Shown here: positions 30,646 through 38,691 of the stretch, piece after piece | Layout: each line of letters opens with the position of its first letter | Position numbering within the stretch: position 1 is the stretch's first letter | From: Burkholderiales bacterium | GTDB taxonomy: Bacteria; Pseudomonadota; Gammaproteobacteria; Burkholderiales; JACQAP01 | Length of the DNA stretch: 64,000 bases | NCBI GenBank assembly: GCA_035275265.1 | Contig: DATENC010000017.1 | Coordinates: forward strand, 6,442 to 70,441 | Reading direction: 5' to 3' | The notes under the pieces: generated by a model | What the model saw: the letters and a program-made list of their open reading frames with translations, nothing else | Databases searched by the model: none | What the model was told of the DNA's origin: nothing | Translations under genes and position numbers: made by a program

Positions 30646-31212
30646 TCAAATGTCCCGTGCATCGAGGCAGCCTTTAAGGCGTTCCAGCCCGCGGCGAATC
30701 CAGGTCTTCACGGTGCCGAGCGGTTTCTGCATCTGGCGCGCAAGTTCGCCGTGCGAAAGACCGTTGAAGAAAGCCAAAGCAATGCTCTTCTGCTGCTCCC
30801 CGGTCAACTGCTTCATGCATTCCACCAGCGCGCCGGCCTCCATGGACTGCTTGAGCAGTTCCTCCGGACCGGGGGACTCATCCGGAATCGATGCCATCAG
30901 GTCTTCGTGGTCCTCGCCGATTTCGACTTCCCGCGGCCGGCGCAGGAGATCCAGGGCCCGGTTGCGCACAACGGCGGTCATCCATGTCATCGGTGCGCTT
31001 TTCGCCGTGTTGTAACCAGCGGCATTGTTCCAGATATTGATGAAACTCTCCTGCAGCACTTCTTCGGCCCAGTCCCTTCTGCGGGTTATGCGTACCGCAA
31101 CGGCAAACAATTTTGCCGAGCAGTGCTGATACAGCGTCTTGAATGCCTGCTGGTCGCGAAGGGCGCAGCGGGACAGCAAGACGGAGAGTTCATCCGCATC
31201 CATGGCTTTCAC
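30646..31212 (-). CDS. ECF sigma factor (SigK-like)
   Basis: AEEVLQESFINIW, WMTAVVRNRALD, PLGTVKTWIRRGL. Confidence 0.92.
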   Translation of the reverse strand: MKAMDADELSVLLSRCALRDQQAFKTLYQHCSAKLFAVAVRITRRRDWAEEVLQESFINIWNNAAGYNTAKSAPMTWMTAVVRNRALDLLRRPREVEIGEDHEDLMASIPDESPGPEELLKQSMEAGALVECMKQLTGEQQKSIALAFFNGLSHGELARQMQKPLGTVKTWIRRGLERLKGCLDARDI

Positions 31213-31772
31213 GCAGGGTCACCGCGGTTCTTGCCTTTTTGCCAATATACGTCGGTGACGCCGGCGTCACGGTTGAGCACCCGGCAGAGTACAAAAAGCA
31301 GGTCGGAGAGCCGGTTGAGATAGCGCTGCAAAGCCGGGGACAACGGCTCCGCGGCGACAAGGCCGACCACCCGGCGTTCAGCCCGGCGGCAAACGGTGCG
31401 TGCCACATGGCACAGCGCGGCTGCGCGCGAGCCGCCCGGGAGGATGAATTCCTTGAGCGCGGGGAGATCGGCGTTGAACCCGTCAAGCACGCCTTCCAGT
31501 CGCGCGACATGCGAATCCTCGATGCTGGTGTAACCCGGGATGCTGAGTTCACCGCCCAGGTCGAACAAGTCGTGCTGCACGTCGAGCAGGCAGCGGTGCA
31601 CTGCTTCTGCCAATGTTTCGGCGAGCAGCACGCCGATGGCACTGTTCAGTTCGTCCACTGCACCGATGGCCTCGATGCGCAGACTATTTTTGGATACGCG
31701 CAAACCGTCGCCGAGTCCGGTGGTGCCGGCGTCGCCGGTGCGGGTGTAGATCTTGGTCAGGCGGTGACCCAT
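31209..31772 (-). CDS. ATP:cob(I)alamin adenosyltransferase, PduO type
   Basis: KIYTRTGDAGTTGL, GAVDELNS, ARTVCRRAERR, YLNRLSDLLF. Confidence 0.95.
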   Translation of the reverse strand: MGHRLTKIYTRTGDAGTTGLGDGLRVSKNSLRIEAIGAVDELNSAIGVLLAETLAEAVHRCLLDVQHDLFDLGGELSIPGYTSIEDSHVARLEGVLDGFNADLPALKEFILPGGSRAAALCHVARTVCRRAERRVVGLVAAEPLSPALQRYLNRLSDLLFVLCRVLNRDAGVTDVYWQKGKNRGDPA

Positions 31773-31859
31773 ATGCTGTTCGAGCGAAAGCGGCTTTGCG
31801 CCGGATTATAGAGGATCGATACGTTGCGGCAGGCAATCCGGATTCAAAATCCAGTGAAT

Positions 31860-32849
31860 TCAGCGTTGCGGTAGCGCAGTCGAGCGGGGATCGCCGCCCA
31901 GTTCCTCGATCTCGAGTTGCAGGTATCTATGCAGCGCGTTTTGCCGGTGGGTCGTCGCATACATGGCCCAGGCGGCGTAGGCAGGCAGTGCGGCATTGTC
32001 CACCGATTCGAGCAGGCTCGAGCTTCTGGCGTACAGCGCCTTGATCTTCTGATCGAGGTCGCGCAGATAGTCCGCAGTGGAACGGATCGCTTCCGGGCCG
32101 GACACCGGGCCGTGCCCGGGGACCACTCGCTTCACCGGCAGGTTTCGCAGCATGTCGAGTGCCCGTGTCCAGCCTTCGAAATCACAGTCGCGGATCTCGG
32201 GAATACGGTTCAGCGCCACCATGCCGCCGCCAAACAACGTGCCGGTCGCGCGGTCGAACACCGCGAGGTCACCCGGCGTACTTGCCCAGCCCAGGTAAAT
32301 CAGCTCGAGCATCCGGCCGCCCGCCTCGATCGCCGAGCTTCCGGTCACCTGCCGCTGGGGCAGTACCAGCCGGGTGCCCTCGAGCTCATTGCCGAGAACC
32401 GGGCGCAGGTTTTCAAGGCAGTGTGCGCAGCGCGCTTTCATCAACGCCGTGGTTTCGCTGTGCGCGACGATTGAAACGCCGCGTTCCTCGAATGCGGCGT
32501 TACCGAACAGGAATTCCTGCACCGCGTGAGTGATTACCACCAACTCGACCGGCTTGGCCGTCACGCGCCCGACCGCTGCCAGCATCCGCCGGCCGTGGCG
32601 ATACGAGATGCCGGTATCGATTACCACCACACCCGTGGGACCGACGATGAAGCCGCTGTTGCCCACGTCGCCGCGATTTGCTGCAGAGATCTCGCCGGTG
32701 TCGGCGACGAATGCGTATACGCCGTCGGCAACCATTTGCGGTCTGAGTTCGTCTGCGGCCCGGGCCGGGCAGGCGACTAATAGCGAAAGCGCAAGCAGGT
32801 GAAGCGCAACCTTGGCGATTCGCGCCGCGATGCTCCGAACGGAAATCAT
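31860..32849 (-). CDS. Exported SoxH-like MBL-fold protein with degenerate metal ligands
   Basis: GNSGFIVGPTGVVVIDTG and VPGHG present; HxHxDH replaced by THAVQEF; contains RCAHCL. Confidence 0.75.
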   Translation of the reverse strand: MISVRSIAARIAKVALHLLALSLLVACPARAADELRPQMVADGVYAFVADTGEISAANRGDVGNSGFIVGPTGVVVIDTGISYRHGRRMLAAVGRVTAKPVELVVITHAVQEFLFGNAAFEERGVSIVAHSETTALMKARCAHCLENLRPVLGNELEGTRLVLPQRQVTGSSAIEAGGRMLELIYLGWASTPGDLAVFDRATGTLFGGGMVALNRIPEIRDCDFEGWTRALDMLRNLPVKRVVPGHGPVSGPEAIRSTADYLRDLDQKIKALYARSSSLLESVDNAALPAYAAWAMYATTHRQNALHRYLQLEIEELGGDPRSTALPQR

Positions 32850-32955
32850 GTGCAAGCAAATCCCGACCAAAGCACTTACCGTAATCGACTCCTGCAGCGC
32901 GGGCAAGGGCAAAAAGATTCTGTTCTAATGGCCCGGTGCACAGCCGAGGAAAGGC

Positions 32956-33900
32956 ATGAATCGGATCAAGGGTACGACCTCCATGCTGGTCACGGTGGTG
33001 GTCGCAATCGCGCGGACGTCGATCGCGGCGGAGCCTGCGCAGATCGGGAATTTCGAGGTGACTGAGGTTGCCCCCGGGAACTATGTGCACTATGGCACCT
33101 TCGCTGAACGTTCGCCGGGGAACCTGGGCGACAACGCCAACATCGGTTTCATCGTCGGGCAGCGCTGCGTGCTGGTAGTGGACGCGGGGGGATCGCTTTC
33201 AGTCGGCCGGGCGCTGAAAACGGCGATCAGAAGGGTTACGCAAACCCCGATATGTCACGTGGTGCTGACACACGTGCATCCGGATCATTTTTTCGGTGCT
33301 GCCGCTTTCCTCGATGACGGAGCGCAATTCGTCGCGCACCGGAACTATCCGCGCCAAATCGCCGCCCGAGCGCGGTCTTACCTCAATTATTTGCGGCGCG
33401 ATCTGGGCGCATTTGCTGATGGCAGCGAAATTGTGCAGCCGACGCTGCTGGTCACGGACAGGCTCGAACTCGACCTCGGCGGCAGAACCGTGGTGGTGCA
33501 GGGGTGGCCGCCGGCGCATACCGACGACGATCTCACGGTCTTCGACCGGGCGACGCGCACCTTCTGGCTGGCAGACCTCTTGTTCGTGGACCATACGCCG
33601 GTTATCGACGGCACCATTACCGGCTTTCTTGCGGTGATGGACGATCTGCGCAAGGTCGATGCCGTGCACTACGTTGCCGGTCACGGGTACTCCCGGACAC
33701 CGTGGCCGCAGGTTCTGGAAGCGCAGCGGCGTTATTTCAGCGTGATCCTCGAGGAAACACGCACAGCCATCAGGGACAGAAAAACAATCCAGCAGGCCAC
33801 CGACGAGGTCGGTCTTTCGGAGGCGAAAAACTGGGCTGCCTTCGACACCTTCCACCGCCGCAATGTAACCACCGCCTATACAGAGCTCGAGTGGGAATGA
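32956..33900 (+). CDS. Quinoprotein-relay-system zinc metallohydrolase (SoxH-like, type 2)
   Basis: GDNANIGFIVG, THVHPDH, AHTDDDL, VAGHG, C-terminal AYTELEWE. Confidence 0.8.
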   Translation: MNRIKGTTSMLVTVVVAIARTSIAAEPAQIGNFEVTEVAPGNYVHYGTFAERSPGNLGDNANIGFIVGQRCVLVVDAGGSLSVGRALKTAIRRVTQTPICHVVLTHVHPDHFFGAAAFLDDGAQFVAHRNYPRQIAARARSYLNYLRRDLGAFADGSEIVQPTLLVTDRLELDLGGRTVVVQGWPPAHTDDDLTVFDRATRTFWLADLLFVDHTPVIDGTITGFLAVMDDLRKVDAVHYVAGHGYSRTPWPQVLEAQRRYFSVILEETRTAIRDRKTIQQATDEVGLSEAKNWAAFDTFHRRNVTTAYTELEWE

Positions 33901-33973
33901 GTGGCTCGATGCCGTGAAGCGTTGGGGTATACTTCCCACGGACTTGTCAGAAAGAATTCGAGGGAGAGCGCGG

Positions 33974-34810
33974 ATGAAAAGCGCGAAGAATGGGGTCGCC
34001 GCGTTGTTGTCGGCGTTGGTGTTCGTGCTACCCGCGCTCGCGAACGAAAAAGCCGAGCCGGATCCGGCCCAGAGTCCCTACTGGGAGCCGATCAGGATAT
34101 TGATATTCGGCGACCGGGTGATCAACCCCGATAACCGGGACGTGATCCGCGTCTATCTCAACCGGCGAGCCGACGATGCGACGACCGTTCCCGTGGCTGT
34201 GAAGTCGCAGATCGATCAAACCGACAAGGACTACATCAAGTCGATCTACCTGATTGTCGAACGCAACCCGTCTCCGACGGCTGGTGTATTTCACTTCACC
34301 CCCTCCAGTGGCCGCGCCCAGGTCGAGACCCGTCTGCGCTTCGAGGACTTCAGCTTCGTTCGTGCGGTCGCGGAAATGAATGACGGAAAGCTTTACATGT
34401 CGCAACGCTGGGTGAAGGCGGCCGGGGGTTGTTCAGCGCCCAATGCGAAGAACTTCGTGCCGGAGGCGTTGCTCGGGAAAATGAAGGTGCGTTTCGATGA
34501 CGATTCCGTCACCTACGGCAAACCCAATCTGGTGCAACTGATGATCCGCCATCCGAACGAATCAGCGTTGGCGGCGGACTTCGATGGGGAGAAGGTGCCG
34601 CAGTTCGTGCGCAGCGTGAAAGTTTCTTTCGATGGCAGGCCGGTGATGGATGCGGAGGTGGATTTCTCCATATCGGACAATCCCAACTTCCGTTTCTTCT
34701 TTAGTCCGCTGGACAGGGGCGAGTTGAAAATCGAAGTGGAAGACACCCACGACCGCAAATTCATCCATTCGCTGCCGATCAGCGAGGGCGCTTCGCTTCC
34801 CGGGGGTTGA
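33974..34810 (+). CDS. Quinoprotein dehydrogenase-associated fused SoxYZ-like carrier
   Basis: Signal peptide; SoxY-like IVERNPSPTAGVF...VKAAGGCSAP; SoxZ-like MIRHPN, SISDNPNFRF. Confidence 0.82.
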   Translation: MKSAKNGVAALLSALVFVLPALANEKAEPDPAQSPYWEPIRILIFGDRVINPDNRDVIRVYLNRRADDATTVPVAVKSQIDQTDKDYIKSIYLIVERNPSPTAGVFHFTPSSGRAQVETRLRFEDFSFVRAVAEMNDGKLYMSQRWVKAAGGCSAPNAKNFVPEALLGKMKVRFDDDSVTYGKPNLVQLMIRHPNESALAADFDGEKVPQFVRSVKVSFDGRPVMDAEVDFSISDNPNFRFFFSPLDRGELKIEVEDTHDRKFIHSLPISEGASLPGG

Positions 34811-34907
34811 GTTTGTACTTCCCGCCACGCATGATCGTTGACCGGCATATCCGCTTCGGCTAGAGTTGCGCGGTTTTTTGTTCCGAGATTCAGGAAAACG
34901 CCACGTC

Positions 34908-35240
34908 ATGAAATTCCGCATCCTCGCCATGGCTGGTCTTGTCGCCGCATTGGCGTCGGTAGCGGCACCGTTGCTCGCTGAAGGCGATCCCACGGCAGGC
35001 AAGAACAAAACCACCATGTGTGCCGGTTGCCACGGCATTGCCGGGTTCCGCGCCGCGTATCCCGAGACCTACCAGGTTCCAAAGCTTGGTGGACAGAACC
35101 CCGCGTACATCGTCGCCGCGCTGAAGGCCTACAAGGCCGGTGAGCGCAATCATGCGACCATGAAAGCAATCGCCTTCAGCCTCACTGAACGGGACATGGC
35201 TGATCTCGCCGCGTACTACGCTGGAACCGGCAAGAACTAA
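34908..35240 (+). CDS. Monohaem class I cytochrome c (c4/c553-like)
   Basis: Signal peptide, CAGCH, PKLGGQNPAY, distal Met (ATMKAIA). Confidence 0.92.
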   Translation: MKFRILAMAGLVAALASVAAPLLAEGDPTAGKNKTTMCAGCHGIAGFRAAYPETYQVPKLGGQNPAYIVAALKAYKAGERNHATMKAIAFSLTERDMADLAAYYAGTGKN

Positions 35241-35268
35241 GCCCGCACAAGACGCGAAACAGAAAAAC

Positions 35269-35595
35269 ATGAACCGCTTGTTGATTGCGATCATTGTCCT
35301 CACGGCTCTTGCGCTCAGTGGGGGCACCCTTGCCGCGGATGCGGCGGCAGGGAAGGAAAAATCCCAGTTGTGTGCGGGCTGCCATGGCCCAGACGGAAAT
35401 ACGCCGATGATGCCGGAGTATCCCAAGCTGGCGGGACAACCCGCCGATTACCTGGAAAAGGTATTGCGTGACTACAAGAAGGGTGCGCGCAAGAACCCGA
35501 TGATGATGCCCATGGCGCAGGGGCTTTCCAAACGGGACATCAAGGACCTGGCTGCCTACTATTCGAGCCTGAAAGGCGATCTGAAGGTCAAGTAA
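35269..35595 (+). CDS. Monohaem class I cytochrome c (c4/c553-like)
   Basis: Signal peptide, CAGCH, PKLAGQPADY, NPMMMPMA. Confidence 0.92.
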   Translation: MNRLLIAIIVLTALALSGGTLAADAAAGKEKSQLCAGCHGPDGNTPMMPEYPKLAGQPADYLEKVLRDYKKGARKNPMMMPMAQGLSKRDIKDLAAYYSSLKGDLKVK

Positions 35596-35678
35596 AGGTA
35601 ATTGCGGGCACGCATCCAAGAAACAGAGGCGCCGTCGGCCACTTTTCTTGTCTGAATCAGAATCGATAGACTGTATTG

Positions 35679-36107
35679 CTATCCAAGCTTGCGGCGAATG
35701 CAGTCGAGATACGCCACTTCATCCGGCGCAGCGTGATCGCGCTGCGCTTGCCATATCGTTTCTCCCAGACATTCCAGCAGCACGTGCAGCGCGTCGTGCT
35801 CGAGTTGCGCGTGAGTCAGAAGCTGCGCATACAGCCCGCGAATTCCGCGCGGCTGGTCGATCGAGATCTGCTCGGCGAGTGCAAGATGCAGCGATAGATG
35901 AAGGAATGGATTGAGCTCGCTGCCTTCGGGACCAAAATCGCGGCCGATACTGTGGTCTTCGCTATCAAGCAAAGTCTGGTATTCCGGGTGCAGCAGTACC
36001 ACTTCGAGCGCGGTTTTTTCCAATCCTTCCAGCGGCGCCTGCATGCGGTACTTGCGCCAGCTTTCGAAGAAGAAACGGCGCACGTCTTCGCGCGACGGAT
36101 TGAACAT
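35679..36107 (-). CDS. DUF1841 family protein
   Basis: MFNPSREDVRRFF, LHPEY, NPFLHLSLHLAL.EQ.SIDQP. Confidence 0.88.
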   Translation of the reverse strand: MFNPSREDVRRFFFESWRKYRMQAPLEGLEKTALEVVLLHPEYQTLLDSEDHSIGRDFGPEGSELNPFLHLSLHLALAEQISIDQPRGIRGLYAQLLTHAQLEHDALHVLLECLGETIWQAQRDHAAPDEVAYLDCIRRKLG

Positions 36108-36115
36108 GAGGGCAA

Positions 36116-36143
36116 GTATGAAGGATGAAGCATGAAGGCGGAA
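36116..36143. repeat. Degenerate heptamer tandem repeat (G(G/C/T)ATGAA x3-4)
   Basis: GTATGAA GGATGAA GCATGAA GGCGGAA. Confidence 0.55.
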
Positions 36144-36460
36144 GCCAGGGCGTTCCACGGGCAGATGCAGTAGGCAACGGAGATGGTGAGTGCCATCGCG
36201 AGCGTCCTTTTTTCAGCCAGATTAAGTTGAACGCCCCGATCCATTCTCAATCGGCATAACGCGCAGGGAATACCGGTCAATTCTCCGGATGGCGGCAACG
36301 GCCTGTTGGGACATGGTCCATTCGGACTACCTCGATTCTGTCGGCAATACACAAATTGCGCTCATCGTGGGCGTCCAACCGCGAGCAAAGTTGCTTGATT
36401 GGTCTGAACTTCAGACCACTGTTTATGGACGCGTCGTAATGAATTGCAAATAGGGAAAGA

Positions 36461-37228
36461 ATGGACCTCATGAATCGACACATGTCCGTGAAGTTGGTGG
36501 TCAAGGCGGCAAATGTCAGCGCCCACCAGGTACTGTACAAGCCCGCGGAATGGATGGTCCGCCGCTTTTCATCGGTCGGGGAGCATTCGTTCTTCAATCC
36601 ATCAGAGCTTGATTGGATTCCACGGGTCGAAGCGGGCTGGACCGCGATTCGAGACGAATTGCGTGAGGTGCTGCGCGAACGCGACCGGATCCCGAACTTC
36701 CAGGAGGTCTCTTCGGAACAGACGAGGATTACGCAGGATAACAAGTGGAAGACCTACTGGTTGTATGCCTACGGGCGAAAAATGGCGGACAACTGCCGCT
36801 CTTGTCCCGAGACCACGCGACTAATCGAAGCGATTCCCGCGATAAAAACCGCGTTCTTCTCCATCCTTGCGCCGCGGAAACATATCCCCGAACATCGAGG
36901 TCCCTATGCTGGCGTGCTTCGATACCACTTGGGGCTCATCGTGCCTCGCCATAAGGAGGCCTGCCGTATCCGGGTAGGCTCCGAGATGGCCCACTGGGAG
37001 GAGGGAAAGAGCCTTGTATTTGATGATACGTACCTGCATGAAGTCTGGAATGATACGGATGAAGAGCGCGTGGTGTTGTTCGTCGATTTCGCGCGCCCAT
37101 TGCCGTTTCCGGTGTCCCTGCTGAATGAAGCGATGATTCGGATATTGAGTCGATCGGGATACGTCCAGGAAATCGTCGAAAACGTCCGCGATTGGAATCG
37201 TCAAGCCGGTACTGCGACGACGGTCTAG
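36461..37228 (+). CDS. Aspartyl/asparaginyl beta-hydroxylase-family Fe(II)/2OG oxygenase
   Basis: CPETTRLI, AFFSIL.P.KHIPEHRGPYAGVLRYHLGL, WEEGKSLVFDDTYLHEVWN, RVVLFVD. Confidence 0.87.
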   Translation: MDLMNRHMSVKLVVKAANVSAHQVLYKPAEWMVRRFSSVGEHSFFNPSELDWIPRVEAGWTAIRDELREVLRERDRIPNFQEVSSEQTRITQDNKWKTYWLYAYGRKMADNCRSCPETTRLIEAIPAIKTAFFSILAPRKHIPEHRGPYAGVLRYHLGLIVPRHKEACRIRVGSEMAHWEEGKSLVFDDTYLHEVWNDTDEERVVLFVDFARPLPFPVSLLNEAMIRILSRSGYVQEIVENVRDWNRQAGTATTV

Positions 37229-37294
37229 CCGTCTGAAGTGATAGCTGCAAGTGTGCTTGGCAGGCATTGGCGAGACATCCCTCGCCCCTGGGTC

Positions 37295-37930
37295 TCACCC
37301 CTTGGTTTTCGCTCTGAATTCGCAAAGATCGCGGATCAAACAGGTCGGACACGCCGGCTTCCGCGCAATGCACACGTAGCGCCCGTGCAGGATCAGCCAA
37401 TGGTGGGCATCCTTGCGGAACTCCTCCGGGACGAATTTCATCAGCTTGTTCTCGACTTCGACGACGTCTTTGCCGGGAGCGATCCCGGTCCGGTTGGCCA
37501 CGCGGAAGATATGGGTGTCCACCGCGATGGTCGGTTCGCCGAACGCGGTATTGAGGATCACGTTCGCGGTTTTCCGGCCCACTCCCGGCAGGCTCTCCAG
37601 GTTCTCGCGCCGCCGCGGCACTTCGCCGCCGAACCGTTCCAAAAGGTTGGCGCAAGCGGCGAGAATGTTCCTCGCCTTGGTCCGGTACAACCCGATGCTA
37701 CGAATGAAAGGCGTGAGCCCGGATTCGCCGAGCGCCAGGATCGCCTGCGGCGTGTTCGCGACCGGAAAAAGTCTGGCGGTGGCGAGGTTCACGCTTTTGT
37801 CGGTGGCTTGGGCGGAGAGCACGACCGAAACCAGCAGTTCGAACGGCGTCTGATATGCGAGTTCGGTGGTCGGCGCGGGATTGGCCTGCCGCAGCCTGCG
37901 GAAGATTTCTGCTCTTTTCGTGGGATTCAT
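37295..37930 (-). CDS. nth: Endonuclease III
   Basis: LSAQATD, LPGVGRKTANV, VDTH, C-x6-C-x2-C-x5-C. Confidence 0.97.
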   Translation of the reverse strand: MNPTKRAEIFRRLRQANPAPTTELAYQTPFELLVSVVLSAQATDKSVNLATARLFPVANTPQAILALGESGLTPFIRSIGLYRTKARNILAACANLLERFGGEVPRRRENLESLPGVGRKTANVILNTAFGEPTIAVDTHIFRVANRTGIAPGKDVVEVENKLMKFVPEEFRKDAHHWLILHGRYVCIARKPACPTCLIRDLCEFRAKTKG

Positions 37931-37995
37931 ACTGAAGACAATTTGCCCGAGGAACTGGCGCACACAGTGAATTTCATTTCACATGCGTCTTGTCC

Positions 37996-38670
37996 TTAGC
38001 CTCGGCCGGCGAGGCGCGCGCGGGCGCGTTCAATGGCGGCGCGCACCGCAGCTTTCTTGCGATCCAGATCATGGCCGGCCGTCAGCAGTTCCAGGCGCGC
38101 AAGGTTGGCCCCGGCTTTCCGTGCCCGCTTGTGCTCGCGCTCGTTCGCCTGGGTTTCGAGTCGAAGCTGATGAAATTGGTAACGCTTCCGGGCAATGGTC
38201 GCAGTGTCCTCGACGCTCCGGCCGGCCAGCGCGGCTGCGTGCCGATTGCCGCGCCCGGCGAGCGCCCCCAGCCCGACAATCTCGATGCAGTCGACCGGGC
38301 AGGGTGGAACGCACAAATCGCAACCGGTGCAGAACTCGGTCAGCACGGTGTGCATTTGCTTGGAACTGCCGACGATCGCGTCCACGGGACAGGCGTGGAT
38401 GCAAAGCGTGCAACCGATGCAGCGCGATTCGTCTATCAGCGCCGCCATACGCGGTTGCTCGATTCCGTACGCGGGATTGAGCTCTTTCTGTTCGCGTCCG
38501 AGCAAATGCGCAAGCTTGCGTATGCCCACGGACCCGCCAGGAGGACACTGGTTGATCTCGGCGTCGCCTTGCGCAATCGCCTCGGCGTAGGGGCGGCAAC
38601 CCTGATAGCCGCACTTTGTGCACTGGGTCTGCGGAAGCTGCGCGTCGATCGCGTCGGCGAGACTGGCCAT
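37996..38670 (-). CDS. rnfB: Stand-alone RnfB/RsxB-like polyferredoxin (no rnf partners in window)
   Basis: [14 protein letters not shown]...[40 protein letters not shown]. Confidence 0.8.
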   Translation of the reverse strand: MASLADAIDAQLPQTQCTKCGYQGCRPYAEAIAQGDAEINQCPPGGSVGIRKLAHLLGREQKELNPAYGIEQPRMAALIDESRCIGCTLCIHACPVDAIVGSSKQMHTVLTEFCTGCDLCVPPCPVDCIEIVGLGALAGRGNRHAAALAGRSVEDTATIARKRYQFHQLRLETQANEREHKRARKAGANLARLELLTAGHDLDRKKAAVRAAIERARARLAGRG

Positions 38671-38691
38671 GGTGCCCAATGCTATACCCGG

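Noticed and set aside
31860-32849. Haem c attachment site in the degenerate MBL
   Set aside because: The motif is CAHCL (CxxC-L), not CxxCH.
32836-32852. Third copy of the pqqA operator (ATCATGTG) in the MBL divergent region, and CGCATGAT near 34828
   Set aside because: Only single half-sites match, which is expected by chance.
34908-35595. Tandem cytochromes c as dedicated electron acceptors of the quinoprotein relay
   Set aside because: From memory, this cytochrome pair is commonly found next to DUF1841-nth-rnfB in Betaproteobacteria, so adjacency to the SoxYZ-like gene may be incidental.
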